Notes: generated by a model not told the origin, from the sequence alone. Counted from the first letter of the stretch, positions 48,042-57,551 are shown. The stretch is DNA of 61,994 bases from a virus (IMGVR_UViG_3300033463_000016:1-61994), one strand, 5' to 3'. A program made the numbers and translations.

Positions 48042-48716
48042 TTATTCACCTTGCGGTAACAATCTTCCCATACCGTCAGATAGCTTCTTATATGTATCGC
48101 TGCACATCAGCATAGACACAACATTTTCGGTAAGCGTCTGTCTGGTGGATTCATCAAAATAGGTCTTGATGTTCTGATTGATTTCTTTCTGTAATCCTTT
48201 TGTGAACTTATCAATCTGTATCGCTGCTTCACATTCGGCGGTATATTTGATTTTTCCAACGTCAATCTTTGACAGTCTGCTTTCAACTTCTTGCGCGATA
48301 TACTGGCGTCGGGTCATTTTTTTACTGCTGCAAAAACCACCAATACAGATTTCAGCGTCAAGGAAATCGTTAAATGCTTTATCAATAACAGAGTCAATCT
48401 TAGCATCAACTTTTGTGGCAACCTTTGTGCGGATTTCTTCTCTCATTTCGTCATCAATGATTTTTTTGACTTCTGCGCTTGCGATTGATTCTGCCTTTGA
48501 TTCAACAGTATTTTGGATTGTATGCCTGATATAATCAGACATAAACTGAGAATCAATTTCGATCTTCATACCCTTGTTTCTGATTTCCGCTTGATCGTTA
48601 TAAGGGCAATACTCATATCCGCGACAACCTTGCTCGTCCTCATAATCACAATGCGGAGTACCGTCGTCCCAAGACCAACCACCGAAATGATCGCATTTGC
48701 TACATTCTTTGCTCAT
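48042..48716 (-). CDS. Hypothetical protein (Cys-rich N-terminus, coiled-coil body)
   Basis: AAGGA SD; 224 aa. Confidence 0.6.
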   Translation of the reverse strand: MSKECSKCDHFGGWSWDDGTPHCDYEDEQGCRGYEYCPYNDQAEIRNKGMKIEIDSQFMSDYIRHTIQNTVESKAESIASAEVKKIIDDEMREEIRTKVATKVDAKIDSVIDKAFNDFLDAEICIGGFCSSKKMTRRQYIAQEVESRLSKIDVGKIKYTAECEAAIQIDKFTKGLQKEINQNIKTYFDESTRQTLTENVVSMLMCSDTYKKLSDGMGRLLPQGE

Positions 48717-48766
48717 TGTTTCATTCCTTTACTTTCCTGAATGTAAATTATTTCTCTTTAGAATCA

Positions 48767-48883
48767 TTAAATACTAAGCCAAATTTTACAATTCCAATCT
48801 TCCCATTTATAAAGATATGGATAATAAGGGGTTATTAGCCACCACCAACCGCTCTCGGTTAGTCCTACAAGTTCGGCTTTCAT
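48767..48883 (-). CDS. Possible 38-aa Trp/Tyr-rich ORF missed by the ORF track
   Basis: MKAELVGLTESGWWWLITPYYPYLYKWEDWNCKIWLSI fills an otherwise empty gap; SD is weak. Confidence 0.35.
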   Translation of the reverse strand: MKAELVGLTESGWWWLITPYYPYLYKWEDWNCKIWLSI

Positions 48884-48889
48884 TCGACT

Positions 48890-49135
48890 TTAATCATTCT
48901 CCGTATCTCCGGCAGCCATAAATTGATCCACCATTGATTCCGGTGATCCATCTGGTATTTCTTCACATACCAGAGTAGAAAGGATAATGCAGGGATATTT
49001 AACCTCATCGTCGGCAATCAAAACGCATTCTTCGATTTTGTGGACGATATTCTTTTGATAATTGATAATCGGGATATGTACGTGAGCGTTTTCATCAAAA
49101 CGCTGAAGGTATTCGATTAGTTCTTTTGCTGTCAT
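48890..49135 (-). CDS. Hypothetical protein
   Basis: AAGGAG SD before MTAKELIEYL. Confidence 0.6.
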   Translation of the reverse strand: MTAKELIEYLQRFDENAHVHIPIINYQKNIVHKIEECVLIADDEVKYPCIILSTLVCEEIPDGSPESMVDQFMAAGDTEND

Positions 49136-49561
49136 TTTTATCTCCTTTGTTATAAACAACAACCATAGATGGGAACGGAGCAGAATTTTCGCTGCCGCCA
49201 AATTTCAGCCTACCTCTTATGAATCTAATCTCAGCTTTTCCTAAGATGTAGTCGTGAAACCATCTCGTATCTGTTCTCGCTGGCAATAGCATTACAATGG
49301 TTTTACCCTTTAGGCTCTCCTTATATGCTTTCTGAACCCAACTAATTACCCCCTGCCGTATGGTGGGTTACAGTATGTACTGTCATCCCACTCTTGGCTG
49401 AGTCCGTCATTTTCTTTCGTGTAGTATCTATCGCATTTATGATTCGTGTCACTTGCCGCAGAATCTAATGTAAATCCAAACTCTGAGTTTAGATTATCAA
49501 AGAAAATTTGTGGTGTTTCCCAATCATCTTTCGCGCTCGAAAACATCAAATCAGTGTTCAT
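49095..49561 (-). pseudogene. Phage Dam-type N6-adenine DNA methyltransferase, frameshifted in a G5 tract (49349-53)
   Basis: First half 'DDWETP...F.LD.AA...CNPPYGR'; second frame 'ISWVQKAY...MLLPARTDTRWF...RGRLKF..SAPFPS'. Confidence 0.85.
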
Positions 49562-49977
49562 TAGATACCGCCAAGAATGTCCGCTAAGGAATCCACCTTC
49601 AGTTCGGTTGCCTTTTCTGACGAGAGCAAAGAATCCAACTGTGATTCAAGCCGATCGAGTTCTCTGCGCTTCACCTTACCTGTTGCGATCTTTTCCAAGG
49701 TAGTAATGTCATCGAACCAATCAGTAAGGGCAAATCCGCAGTAAATTGTTTCTTCCGGCTTCTTTCCGAGTTCTTCCGCAGCCATCATTAAAGCCTTAAC
49801 AGGAAGAATCAGATCGTTATACTCGGTGATTGTATGTAGATTGTAGTTATGCCCGAAAAGTACAAGCATACAGTTTGTTTTCGGGACAAATTTTGTAGGA
49901 ATCTTTTTCAATTCCTCACGCTTTTCTGCCACAGTTTTCTTTAATTGTAGAATCTTTTCATCGTTCTTATTACTCAT
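49561..49977 (-). CDS. Hypothetical coiled-coil protein
   Basis: Coupled to its neighbours; AGGT SD. Confidence 0.6.
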   Translation of the reverse strand: MSNKNDEKILQLKKTVAEKREELKKIPTKFVPKTNCMLVLFGHNYNLHTITEYNDLILPVKALMMAAEELGKKPEETIYCGFALTDWFDDITTLEKIATGKVKRRELDRLESQLDSLLSSEKATELKVDSLADILGGI

Positions 49978-51133
49978 TTCCAATACCTATCCTTTTATAT
50001 TCTTTACCATTCATCAAATATTGGATGCCACAACAGGGCTTGAACACATCAAAAATAGTTTTAATGCTACAATAACTTGTTTTATTGTAACTTCTACCTC
50101 TATTTGAAACGTACAAAGATGCAATTTGATTATCGTAATATATCGTTTCAGAATCAAATACTCCATCTTTACAGAAAAAGAATTGTTTGCCCCAATATTT
50201 TGATGAACTTGTTGCTATCCAAATGCTTATATCATTATGAAATTGATCGTAAGTTAAAGGCACAATTTTGTTTTTCGTCACATCAATAGGAGAAAAGAAG
50301 TCTTGATTTTCGACCTTATTTTCAAAGAAAACTTTGTAGTCGGGATGGCACGTCGAATCTACACATTCGATAAACTTTTTAGGCAACGATCTCCAATGCG
50401 AAACGTAAGAACCCCATCTTCCCATATCCAATCTGTTATTTTCTAATTCAGCAAAATAATATTGGTAGCCGCAATCCTTGTACATATAGTATGCGTCAAC
50501 TATTTTGAAGTCTTGGCGTAATATAGTCAAATTGTCTATCGCACAATTGAAATCTTCTCTTGGAACGGTGGAGTGAGTGGTATCATAGTATTTGTATCTT
50601 CCTAAGTACACATATAACTTGTCAGTCAAGGTTTTATATGTGGCTCCAACAATCAAATCCTTGCCTTTTATAAAATTGTTGTTCTGGCGAATGGTGTTCT
50701 TATCTACAATAGTTTGGTAATCCGGCGACTCTGTTGGAACGAGAACCAGGTCTTTTCCGTCCCATCCATAGATGTACTTTCCTTCAAGACCTTTGCCCTT
50801 GATGCAATTTGAGCATTCCAAAATCCAAAGCAAATTCTCTATTGTTATCTCAAACTCAAATCCACGCGGATCATAAACTCTCGAATATGTATTTCGGTGG
50901 TTCCAGCCATAATTGTCACCACCAGCCTTTTTGTTGAGAACGAATCCCTCTAAAGGCTCGTTCTCATAGATTTCATTAGGAATGTCTTTATTGCGCCAGC
51001 CATTCCAAGACGGCTCTTTATGTAGTTTTCCTTTGTCGTCAAAGTAAACCACATAAGCGAGTTTGCCAGTATAAGTATCTTGCCTGTTCTGAAATCCGAC
51101 GTTAATCTTCGGAGGTATGTAAATATTACTCAT
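49970..51133 (-). CDS. Hypothetical phage protein (387 aa)
   Basis: GAGG SD; long ORF in the gene run. Confidence 0.7.
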   Translation of the reverse strand: MSNIYIPPKINVGFQNRQDTYTGKLAYVVYFDDKGKLHKEPSWNGWRNKDIPNEIYENEPLEGFVLNKKAGGDNYGWNHRNTYSRVYDPRGFEFEITIENLLWILECSNCIKGKGLEGKYIYGWDGKDLVLVPTESPDYQTIVDKNTIRQNNNFIKGKDLIVGATYKTLTDKLYVYLGRYKYYDTTHSTVPREDFNCAIDNLTILRQDFKIVDAYYMYKDCGYQYYFAELENNRLDMGRWGSYVSHWRSLPKKFIECVDSTCHPDYKVFFENKVENQDFFSPIDVTKNKIVPLTYDQFHNDISIWIATSSSKYWGKQFFFCKDGVFDSETIYYDNQIASLYVSNRGRSYNKTSYCSIKTIFDVFKPCCGIQYLMNGKEYKRIGIGNE

Positions 51134-51722
51134 CTTCTTCAACCTCGTACTTGCTGATACAATCAACTATTCCGGTTGCGACGCCATATTTCAAAGCATC
51201 TTCGCTATGGAAATACCAATTTTGCTTTTTCTCTCGATTTTCTTTGAGTGTTTTCCGAGAAATCTTTGTGCGATCGGCGACGTATTCTTCCTGAGAGTTT
51301 TGAAGCCAATCTAATTCCTTTTGGTTTTCAAATAAATCCTGGAACTTGCCGCTGCGCCGAGCGGATAGCTGATGATACATCAAAGTAGCGTGAGTAGTTA
51401 CAATTCTTTGATCTCCTGCCAAGAAAATCATAAACGCAGCACTCATAGCGTAACCAGTGCAGTAAGTGATAATAGGTGTTTCAGATTGAAGAATAATATC
51501 AATGAGTGACCACATATTGTAAACATCACCCCCGAAAGAGTTGATATAAATATGTATCGGTTCTCTTTGATAGTTCTTTTCTTTTTCATCTTTTATCTTG
51601 TCCTGTGCGAGAAGATACAATAAGTTGAAATTGATCCGGCTGATCGTATCCTCGTCAACGGTATCGGTTATATAAAAGATGCGTTCATCAGTATGGATAT
51701 AAATATTATCTCTGCTTGAAAT
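51126..51722 (-). CDS. ClpP-like serine protease; the SD-predicted start codon is ATT
   Basis: 'IYINSFGGDV', 'GYAMSAAF' (Ser), 'LMYHQ' (His) and 'W...EDA.KYG'. Confidence 0.8.
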   Translation of the reverse strand: MSSRDNIYIHTDERIFYITDTVDEDTISRINFNLLYLLAQDKIKDEKEKNYQREPIHIYINSFGGDVYNMWSLIDIILQSETPIITYCTGYAMSAAFMIFLAGDQRIVTTHATLMYHQLSARRSGKFQDLFENQKELDWLQNSQEEYVADRTKISRKTLKENREKKQNWYFHSEDALKYGVATGIVDCISKYEVEEDE

Positions 51723-51873
51723 GGCTACCACCTACCTTATTATTTTTTAGGTTCTTAATCATTACAATAAGCTGTAATGTGCAAACGATCAGATTCAATG
51801 AGCCGACAACAAGAATCGCAAAGGAGAAGTTGCCTAATGTCATTTCTCTGAATATTGTCTGAAAGAAGTCTAT
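51706..51873 (-). CDS. Small single-TM protein missed by the ORF track (start ATA 51873 or ATG 51843)
   Basis: 'FSFAILVVGSLNLIVCTLQLIVMI' hydrophobic helix; fills the gap between genes. Confidence 0.45.
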   Translation of the reverse strand: MDFFQTIFREMTLGNFSFAILVVGSLNLIVCTLQLIVMIKNLKNNKVGGSHFKQR

Positions 51874-52121
51874 AAACAATCACTCCTTTCGATTGCTCGA
51901 TCATAGAAATGGTCAAATTTATAATCTATTCCCGGAACGCACACTCTCGACATTCCATAATTTTGACCATAATACTGAGTCCAAAAATCTTTGAAAGCCT
52001 CTAATCGTTTCTTTTCTTTAATCGCTTTAGCGTAATCGCAAAAGTCATCACATTCTTTTGAATACTCTCGACTGTAGCGGTTTTTGCATTCAAAACACGG
52101 ACAATAGTTAGATTCCATCAC
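51870..52121 (-). CDS. Small Cys-rich hypothetical protein
   Basis: CPCFEC...CDDFC. Confidence 0.55.
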   Translation of the reverse strand: MMESNYCPCFECKNRYSREYSKECDDFCDYAKAIKEKKRLEAFKDFWTQYYGQNYGMSRVCVPGIDYKFDHFYDRAIERSDCL

Positions 52122-52321
52122 TTATTACTGCGATAACTTTCAATCGCATCCTCGTTAGTCGTAAACACATAGTTTCTTTCACCGTTCTTTTCCTGCTTAA
52201 CAGACAGATACAATCGAGCATTTTGATTAAGATATATGTTTACGATAGATAGCGCCAAATCCGCGAAGTTTCTTTCAACGACAGGTTTCATATCGACCTT
52301 TATTTCAAGATTGGTATTCAT
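52118..52321 (-). CDS. Small hypothetical protein
   Basis: AAGGTG SD. Confidence 0.55.
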   Translation of the reverse strand: MNTNLEIKVDMKPVVERNFADLALSIVNIYLNQNARLYLSVKQEKNGERNYVFTTNEDAIESYRSNK

Positions 52322-52602
52322 TAAAGCTCACCTTCCGTTACGTCAATACAACGATTCTCGAACTTCTTGTAGGCATCAAGGTAAATCTCACCCTTATCTC
52401 CGTTGAAAGTAATCTCATAATACATACCATCGAATAACGTGGTGCTTGCAAGTGCCTTGTGATTTTGTAGAGTCTTGCAATACCAGACGATAAATACCTC
52501 GTCGGTAGTGATTTGGATATTATCTGACTTGTCAAGATGCTCGTTAGCGTAATCAGCAACGAGCTGCTTTACTTTCTCGATAAATTCTTTTGAACCAAAC
52601 AT
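52321..52602 (-). CDS. DUF6275-like phage protein
   Basis: 'VFIVWYCKTLQNHKAL.ST...DGMYYEITFNGDK.E.YLDAYKK'. Confidence 0.7.
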   Translation of the reverse strand: MFGSKEFIEKVKQLVADYANEHLDKSDNIQITTDEVFIVWYCKTLQNHKALASTTLFDGMYYEITFNGDKGEIYLDAYKKFENRCIDVTEGEL

Positions 52603-52606
52603 AGGC

Positions 52607-52810
52607 TTATGTATCTCCTTTTCTTTCTCTTATTAAATAATTCGGCATAAAGAATTGCGATGTTGCGATCGCACACGATAAACCATCGGAATCATATACT
52701 CGATCTTTCAATGATGGTTGCAAGCCTTTAATGCCATTTCGTCCGCCTTTACTATTCAAACATATTAGTTCTCCCCCTGTCTTAACAGGGCGTTTGAATC
52801 TTATGTTCAT
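52607..52810 (-). CDS. Small protein resembling a variable segment of phage C5-cytosine methyltransferases
   Basis: 'QPS..DRVYDSDG.S..I.T' recalled from MTase variable regions; no catalytic PC motif. Confidence 0.35.
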   Translation of the reverse strand: MNIRFKRPVKTGGELICLNSKGGRNGIKGLQPSLKDRVYDSDGLSCAIATSQFFMPNYLIRERKGDT

Positions 52811-53086
52811 TTATAAATCCTGTTCTGCTTTGTGTTCGCTCAACAAGTATTCGATAATACCGCCGACACATTTTGATTCATCACATTTAGGTGTGCAATT
52901 GTAAAGACAATAATCACATAAATCCGAGTTAGTCACATCAACAATAAATTCAGCAAACTTATGTACCGGCAGATAAGTTAGATAATCATAATTAGTTTTC
53001 TTCTGTTGGCTCACCGCAGAAATATCAAAATTCGGAAATGGAATACTTTTTGAATTTTCTGTGGCGACTTCGTAATCATTCTGCAT
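52811..53086 (-). CDS. Hypothetical protein, Cys-rich C-terminus
   Basis: AGGAGG SD. Confidence 0.6.
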   Translation of the reverse strand: MQNDYEVATENSKSIPFPNFDISAVSQQKKTNYDYLTYLPVHKFAEFIVDVTNSDLCDYCLYNCTPKCDESKCVGGIIEYLLSEHKAEQDL

Positions 53087-53378
53087 TTTGTTCCTCCTGA
53101 TCTTCATCAATCATATAATGCTTCCCAATTGAGCCATCGGGTTCGATCAACTCAACTTCCGAAAAGTATCTGTAAAGCGTTGAACGCTTCATATATAGCA
53201 CCATAGGATAATCAGGCAAACAACGCAGATCATCAAAATCCCAAGCAATATATCCCATAATCTTTGCATAGATTCTGCGGAAGATATTGATTTCTTTGGT
53301 TACGTCATTGATGATGTCGTTCTCTTGGATTTCCGTAAACGACTCTGGTATATATACCGTTCTCGTACATCTGTACAT
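53076..53378 (-). CDS. Hypothetical protein
   Basis: AAGGGA SD. Confidence 0.55.
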   Translation of the reverse strand: MYRCTRTVYIPESFTEIQENDIINDVTKEINIFRRIYAKIMGYIAWDFDDLRCLPDYPMVLYMKRSTLYRYFSEVELIEPDGSIGKHYMIDEDQEEQNAE

Positions 53379-53379
53379 A

Positions 53380-54873
53380 TTAACCATCCCTTTCTTGTTT
53401 CATACCCATTTCCAAATAAAGTTCGTCAACTGTGTTTGCCTTACGCTGCAAACAGTCGTATATCTTTTCCTCGATTGAATCTCTGGCTTGCAGAATAATA
53501 TATGTACATTTGTCGTTTTGCCCGATTCTATGAATTCTGTCTTGACTCTGCTTAAATTCCTCATAACTGAAACTAAGAGAGTAATATATGTTATAAGTAC
53601 AATTTGTGAATGTAAGACCTTTGCCTATCAGCTTCGGGTGAGTAAACAATAATTTGATTTTGCAGGACTTGAAATCACGAATTATATCATCACGATTTTT
53701 AGTCTGTGATGTCAAGCCGACGCCATTGAATTTTGCGGCAAGGCTATCAATCTCGTGTTGGAACTGACACCATATAATAATCGGTGTATCTCCAATTTCA
53801 GAAATTACATCACCAAGCAATTCATCTTTGTTGTTATCAAATGTTGTTATTGTCTTATCTTTGTTTATTACAAATCCGCTTGTAACTTCGCGGAGTTTCA
53901 TCAATTTTGCGGTAAACTCAAACTTACTCCATTGGTTTATGTTCTCACGAATATCATTCACAATGTCATCGTAGTATTGGCGCTGTTTCTTAGCCATCGT
54001 AAACTTACGGATTTCAAATACCTTCTCCGGCAAGTCTACGCAATCTTCTTTTTTGAGGAATACAGATTTTTCGGATAGTTTTGCAAAATAGCGTTCTTTA
54101 TCTTCGTCGGTCTGATACCAATTATGGGGATTTGCCATATCCTGATGAAAGTATCGAGCGAGGAATCCATAGTAGTTATTGCCAAATAACTCTGGATCAA
54201 CGAATTTCATTTGTGGGAAAATCTCGCTGTTATGATTCGGTGTCGGACAACCTGATAGTACAAATCTGTGCGGGATAACTTCGATTAGCGAAAGCAACAT
54301 TGTCGTAATCTGGCTACTCATATTTTTCATTACGCTGCTTTCGTCTACAATCACGCAATCAAAATTCATTTTGATGATTTCGTTATAGAGGATTTTGAAA
54401 CTCTCGTAATTCATTACATAGATGTCGGCAGGTGTATTAAGATTCTTTATACGTTGCGCCCTTGAAGTTCCCCAAACGTTGATGATCCTCTGTTGCGGAT
54501 AGAATTTGTGGCAATCATCAATCCACGCTGTTTCGAGGACAGAAAGTGGTGATAAAATGGCTGTTTTATTGTGGTATTTAGCGATTTCTAAGCCCATAAG
54601 GGTCTTTCCCGTGCCTGTATCAGCGAAAACACCATAACAGGAGGTATTGAGAGCCTTGTTGATAATCGTGCGCTGGTAGGCGTATAGAAAGGACGAGAGG
54701 AAGTATTCTGTGGGCTTGTTATCTTGAATTTCAATGTCGTATTCAATTAAACCCAAATCAATAAGTTTATGCTTTGCTGAATCCGGGAATAACCACTTGC
54801 CATTCTTGAACTTCCTACCTTCGATTGTTCTGATATACGGTATCTGCTCAACGGGAATTTCAAGTTCAATCAT
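53380..54873 (-). CDS. SNF2-family (SF2) helicase/translocase
   Basis: 'ADTGTGKT', 'IVDESS', 'LSGCP', 'GKGLTF' and 'QSQDRIHRIGQ'. Confidence 0.9.
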   Translation of the reverse strand: MIELEIPVEQIPYIRTIEGRKFKNGKWLFPDSAKHKLIDLGLIEYDIEIQDNKPTEYFLSSFLYAYQRTIINKALNTSCYGVFADTGTGKTLMGLEIAKYHNKTAILSPLSVLETAWIDDCHKFYPQQRIINVWGTSRAQRIKNLNTPADIYVMNYESFKILYNEIIKMNFDCVIVDESSVMKNMSSQITTMLLSLIEVIPHRFVLSGCPTPNHNSEIFPQMKFVDPELFGNNYYGFLARYFHQDMANPHNWYQTDEDKERYFAKLSEKSVFLKKEDCVDLPEKVFEIRKFTMAKKQRQYYDDIVNDIRENINQWSKFEFTAKLMKLREVTSGFVINKDKTITTFDNNKDELLGDVISEIGDTPIIIWCQFQHEIDSLAAKFNGVGLTSQTKNRDDIIRDFKSCKIKLLFTHPKLIGKGLTFTNCTYNIYYSLSFSYEEFKQSQDRIHRIGQNDKCTYIILQARDSIEEKIYDCLQRKANTVDELYLEMGMKQERDG

Positions 54874-55801
54874 TTCCAGATTTCGCTTTCTTCTTTTCTT
54901 CTCGTTCGGCTTTCTTACGAGCCTTTTCAGCTTTTGCCGCCTCGGACTGTGCCTTTCCGATCGCAAGCTGCTCTGCAAACCTTTCCTTCATTTGAGCAAT
55001 CGAATCGTCGCATTCGTAGTCACTTGATTTCCACTGCGCAAATCTTTTCTCGATAGCGAGATTATAAAAATCTTCATTTAGCTCGATTCCGATAGCATTT
55101 CGGTGGTTCTCAATCGCAACCTTATTTACGGTTCCTGCTCCGGCGAATGGGTCTAACACAGTATCTCCCGGACAAGACCATAGTTTAATGATTCTTTTAA
55201 TAAGTTCTTCGGCAAACGGTGTAGTATGACCGATACCAGAGTTTGAGATATTCCAAACACCATCAGCCCAATCAGCCCATTCTGCAAGGGTAATGTCGGA
55301 AGCCTTAATTACTTCAACGTCGCCTTGTTTCTTATAGACATAGACAAATCCTACATTAGCAGCAAGAATTGTATCTCTGGCTTTCATATTCCGGTAATAC
55401 AGGTTGCCCTGGGCTAACATTGCTCTTTGAGCGGAATATTTTCTCCAAAAAGCCTTCGTCCATAATGAAAAATGATTGTTTTTGAAAATCTCATCAATAG
55501 CACCCGTTAGACTTTCCTGCCCGTTTTTGCCATCTCGACCCAATGTATAATTGTAATCCTCATATTGAATTACAAATTTACCCCCTGGGACAAGAACCCT
55601 TTGGCATTCTGCTATTACCAATCCGAGCAAATAATAGTATTCATCATACGTTTCACAATTTGATAAATCACACGGATCGTTGCTGTAAACACGCAGATTG
55701 TGGTAAGGTGGGGATGTGATAACGAGATGCACACTTTCATCCGGCAACTTTTTCAGTTCCTTCAGACAATCACCGTGAATCCACTTATTATCTAATCTCA
55801 T
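54866..55801 (-). CDS. N4-cytosine/N6-adenine DNA methyltransferase (beta order)
   Basis: 'VITSPPY' precedes 'VLDPFAGAGT...GIEL'; 'H.TPF'. Confidence 0.9.
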   Translation of the reverse strand: MRLDNKWIHGDCLKELKKLPDESVHLVITSPPYHNLRVYSNDPCDLSNCETYDEYYYLLGLVIAECQRVLVPGGKFVIQYEDYNYTLGRDGKNGQESLTGAIDEIFKNNHFSLWTKAFWRKYSAQRAMLAQGNLYYRNMKARDTILAANVGFVYVYKKQGDVEVIKASDITLAEWADWADGVWNISNSGIGHTTPFAEELIKRIIKLWSCPGDTVLDPFAGAGTVNKVAIENHRNAIGIELNEDFYNLAIEKRFAQWKSSDYECDDSIAQMKERFAEQLAIGKAQSEAAKAEKARKKAEREEKKKAKSGND

Positions 55802-55841
55802 TTGATTGTCCTTTCATTTTGCTTTATTTCTTGAATAATTT

Positions 55842-56180
55842 CTAAATTAGTTCCCGCCCACAACGAGGACAGTATTTGGCGTCAACCAGATTAAATTGTC
55901 CTATCGTCTTTGGATAACGGGAATCATATAGTAAGCAATGGCATTTTGAACATTTCATATTTGTGATACCACTACGTTTATATATTTTTCGTTTCGCCAG
56001 CCGGTCGTTAAGCTCATCATCCGAAATGTTCTTATATATCTCGATCATCTCTGAATACTTCGCCCAAGCAATCCAAGCGCCACAGTCTAAACAGTAAACG
56101 CCCATTCTGCGTCCGTCAGGCTTGGCATATACTTTTTCACATCCGCATTTGCGGCATTTGTATGTTGTTTGGCTACTCAT
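55842..56180 (-). CDS. Double zinc-ribbon protein
   Basis: Four CxxC pairs. Confidence 0.65.
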   Translation of the reverse strand: MSSQTTYKCRKCGCEKVYAKPDGRRMGVYCLDCGAWIAWAKYSEMIEIYKNISDDELNDRLAKRKIYKRSGITNMKCSKCHCLLYDSRYPKTIGQFNLVDAKYCPRCGRELI

Positions 56181-57525
56181 CGGTCATCACCTGCGGAATG
56201 GCGATAATCAAATCATCTTTGTTGTTTTTGACTTTATCTTGCATAACAAGATCAAGCAAGCCACTTAGAATCATTCCAATTTCTCGCCCTTTATAGCCGA
56301 GTTCCTTCAGGTCGTTTCCGTTGATAGCCATATACTTTAAATCATAAACATCTTGGTTCTTCCGACAATTGCTAATTGTCAGGTCTAACATTGTTAAACA
56401 TACACTATATACATCTTGGTCGAAATAGTTTGGATTATGATAATCCTTATCTCTATCCACGATAATAATACTTTTAGCGAAGTCATTAACGAGAAAACTT
56501 GGACAATGTGTTATATCGTGTATTAGTTTTCTCGCATAGTAGACATCAGCCCTTCTATTCTTAATATCTGTCCAATCAGGATAATCATCCGCAATCTTAT
56601 GACCATAGATATACATATCATTTATTGTATTGATTATCTCATTTGAAAACCGCAGATATTTCAGAATATCAATATAATTCGGAACATCAAAAATTATTGC
56701 CAAGTTGACTTCCAAGTGTGGAGAATTTGCATACCACAATCTTTTTAGAGTATATCCACTTGCTGAATACATCCCATCTGGCAAAACCGCCTCAATAACA
56801 TTGAGTAAGAACATATATATTGGGTCAAGTATTTTCATTCTGGATTTCATATTGTCATTGGGAAATACATCAAACATATGTCGGTGGAATACTTTTGTCA
56901 ATTCGGAACAAATGCGCTCAATAGAAATGTTTTTAATGAGATTTAGATTATCGTTTGCAGCATTTAATGTCGCTTCATCAATTTCAAAACCAAGACAAAT
57001 TGAAAATCTCAAAGCCCTCATAATACGCAAGGCATCTTCATTGAATCTTTCTGTTGGATTCCCGACGCAGCGGATCACTTTATTCTTAATGTCCCTCACA
57101 CCACCGAAAAGATCAATTAGTCCCTGTTTTTCGTTGTATGCCATAGCATTGATTGTGAAATCTCTGCGGGCAAGATCATCTCTGAGATTTGAAACAAATT
57201 CAACCTTTTCGGGATGCCGATTATCTTTATATTCCCCATCAACCCTGTATGTTGTTACTTCAAAAATGTTATATGGCTTTAATGAATCGTCAAATACAAT
57301 AGATACAGTGCCGTGCTGTATGCCGGTCGGAAGCACTTTGCAATCCTTAAAAACTTCAATGATTTGTTCCGGCAGCGCTGATGTACAAATATCCCAATCG
57401 TGGGGTTTATTATTCATAATACAATCCCTCACGCAACCGCCAACAATATATCCCTCATATCCATTTTCATATAGTCTGTTAAGGATAAACTGAACGGGCA
57501 TTGGGAGTTTAATTTCATTATTCAT
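56173..57525 (-). CDS. cca: Class II tRNA nucleotidyltransferase (CCA-adding enzyme-like)
   Basis: 'IVGGCVRD', 'DWD', 'EVTTYR', 'DLARRDFTINA' and 'EDALRIMRALRF'. Confidence 0.9.
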   Translation of the reverse strand: MNNEIKLPMPVQFILNRLYENGYEGYIVGGCVRDCIMNNKPHDWDICTSALPEQIIEVFKDCKVLPTGIQHGTVSIVFDDSLKPYNIFEVTTYRVDGEYKDNRHPEKVEFVSNLRDDLARRDFTINAMAYNEKQGLIDLFGGVRDIKNKVIRCVGNPTERFNEDALRIMRALRFSICLGFEIDEATLNAANDNLNLIKNISIERICSELTKVFHRHMFDVFPNDNMKSRMKILDPIYMFLLNVIEAVLPDGMYSASGYTLKRLWYANSPHLEVNLAIIFDVPNYIDILKYLRFSNEIINTINDMYIYGHKIADDYPDWTDIKNRRADVYYARKLIHDITHCPSFLVNDFAKSIIIVDRDKDYHNPNYFDQDVYSVCLTMLDLTISNCRKNQDVYDLKYMAINGNDLKELGYKGREIGMILSGLLDLVMQDKVKNNKDDLIIAIPQVMTDE

Positions 57526-57551
57526 TTCCCAACCTGTTTCTTCGTTAGTTG

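Noticed and set aside
44536-49561. Wholesale decay of a cryptic prophage explaining all odd starts and lesions
   Set aside because: Only two accessory genes show lesions, while int, the DGR, lysis and replication ORFs are intact and attP looks complete. Not fully excluded without read-level data.
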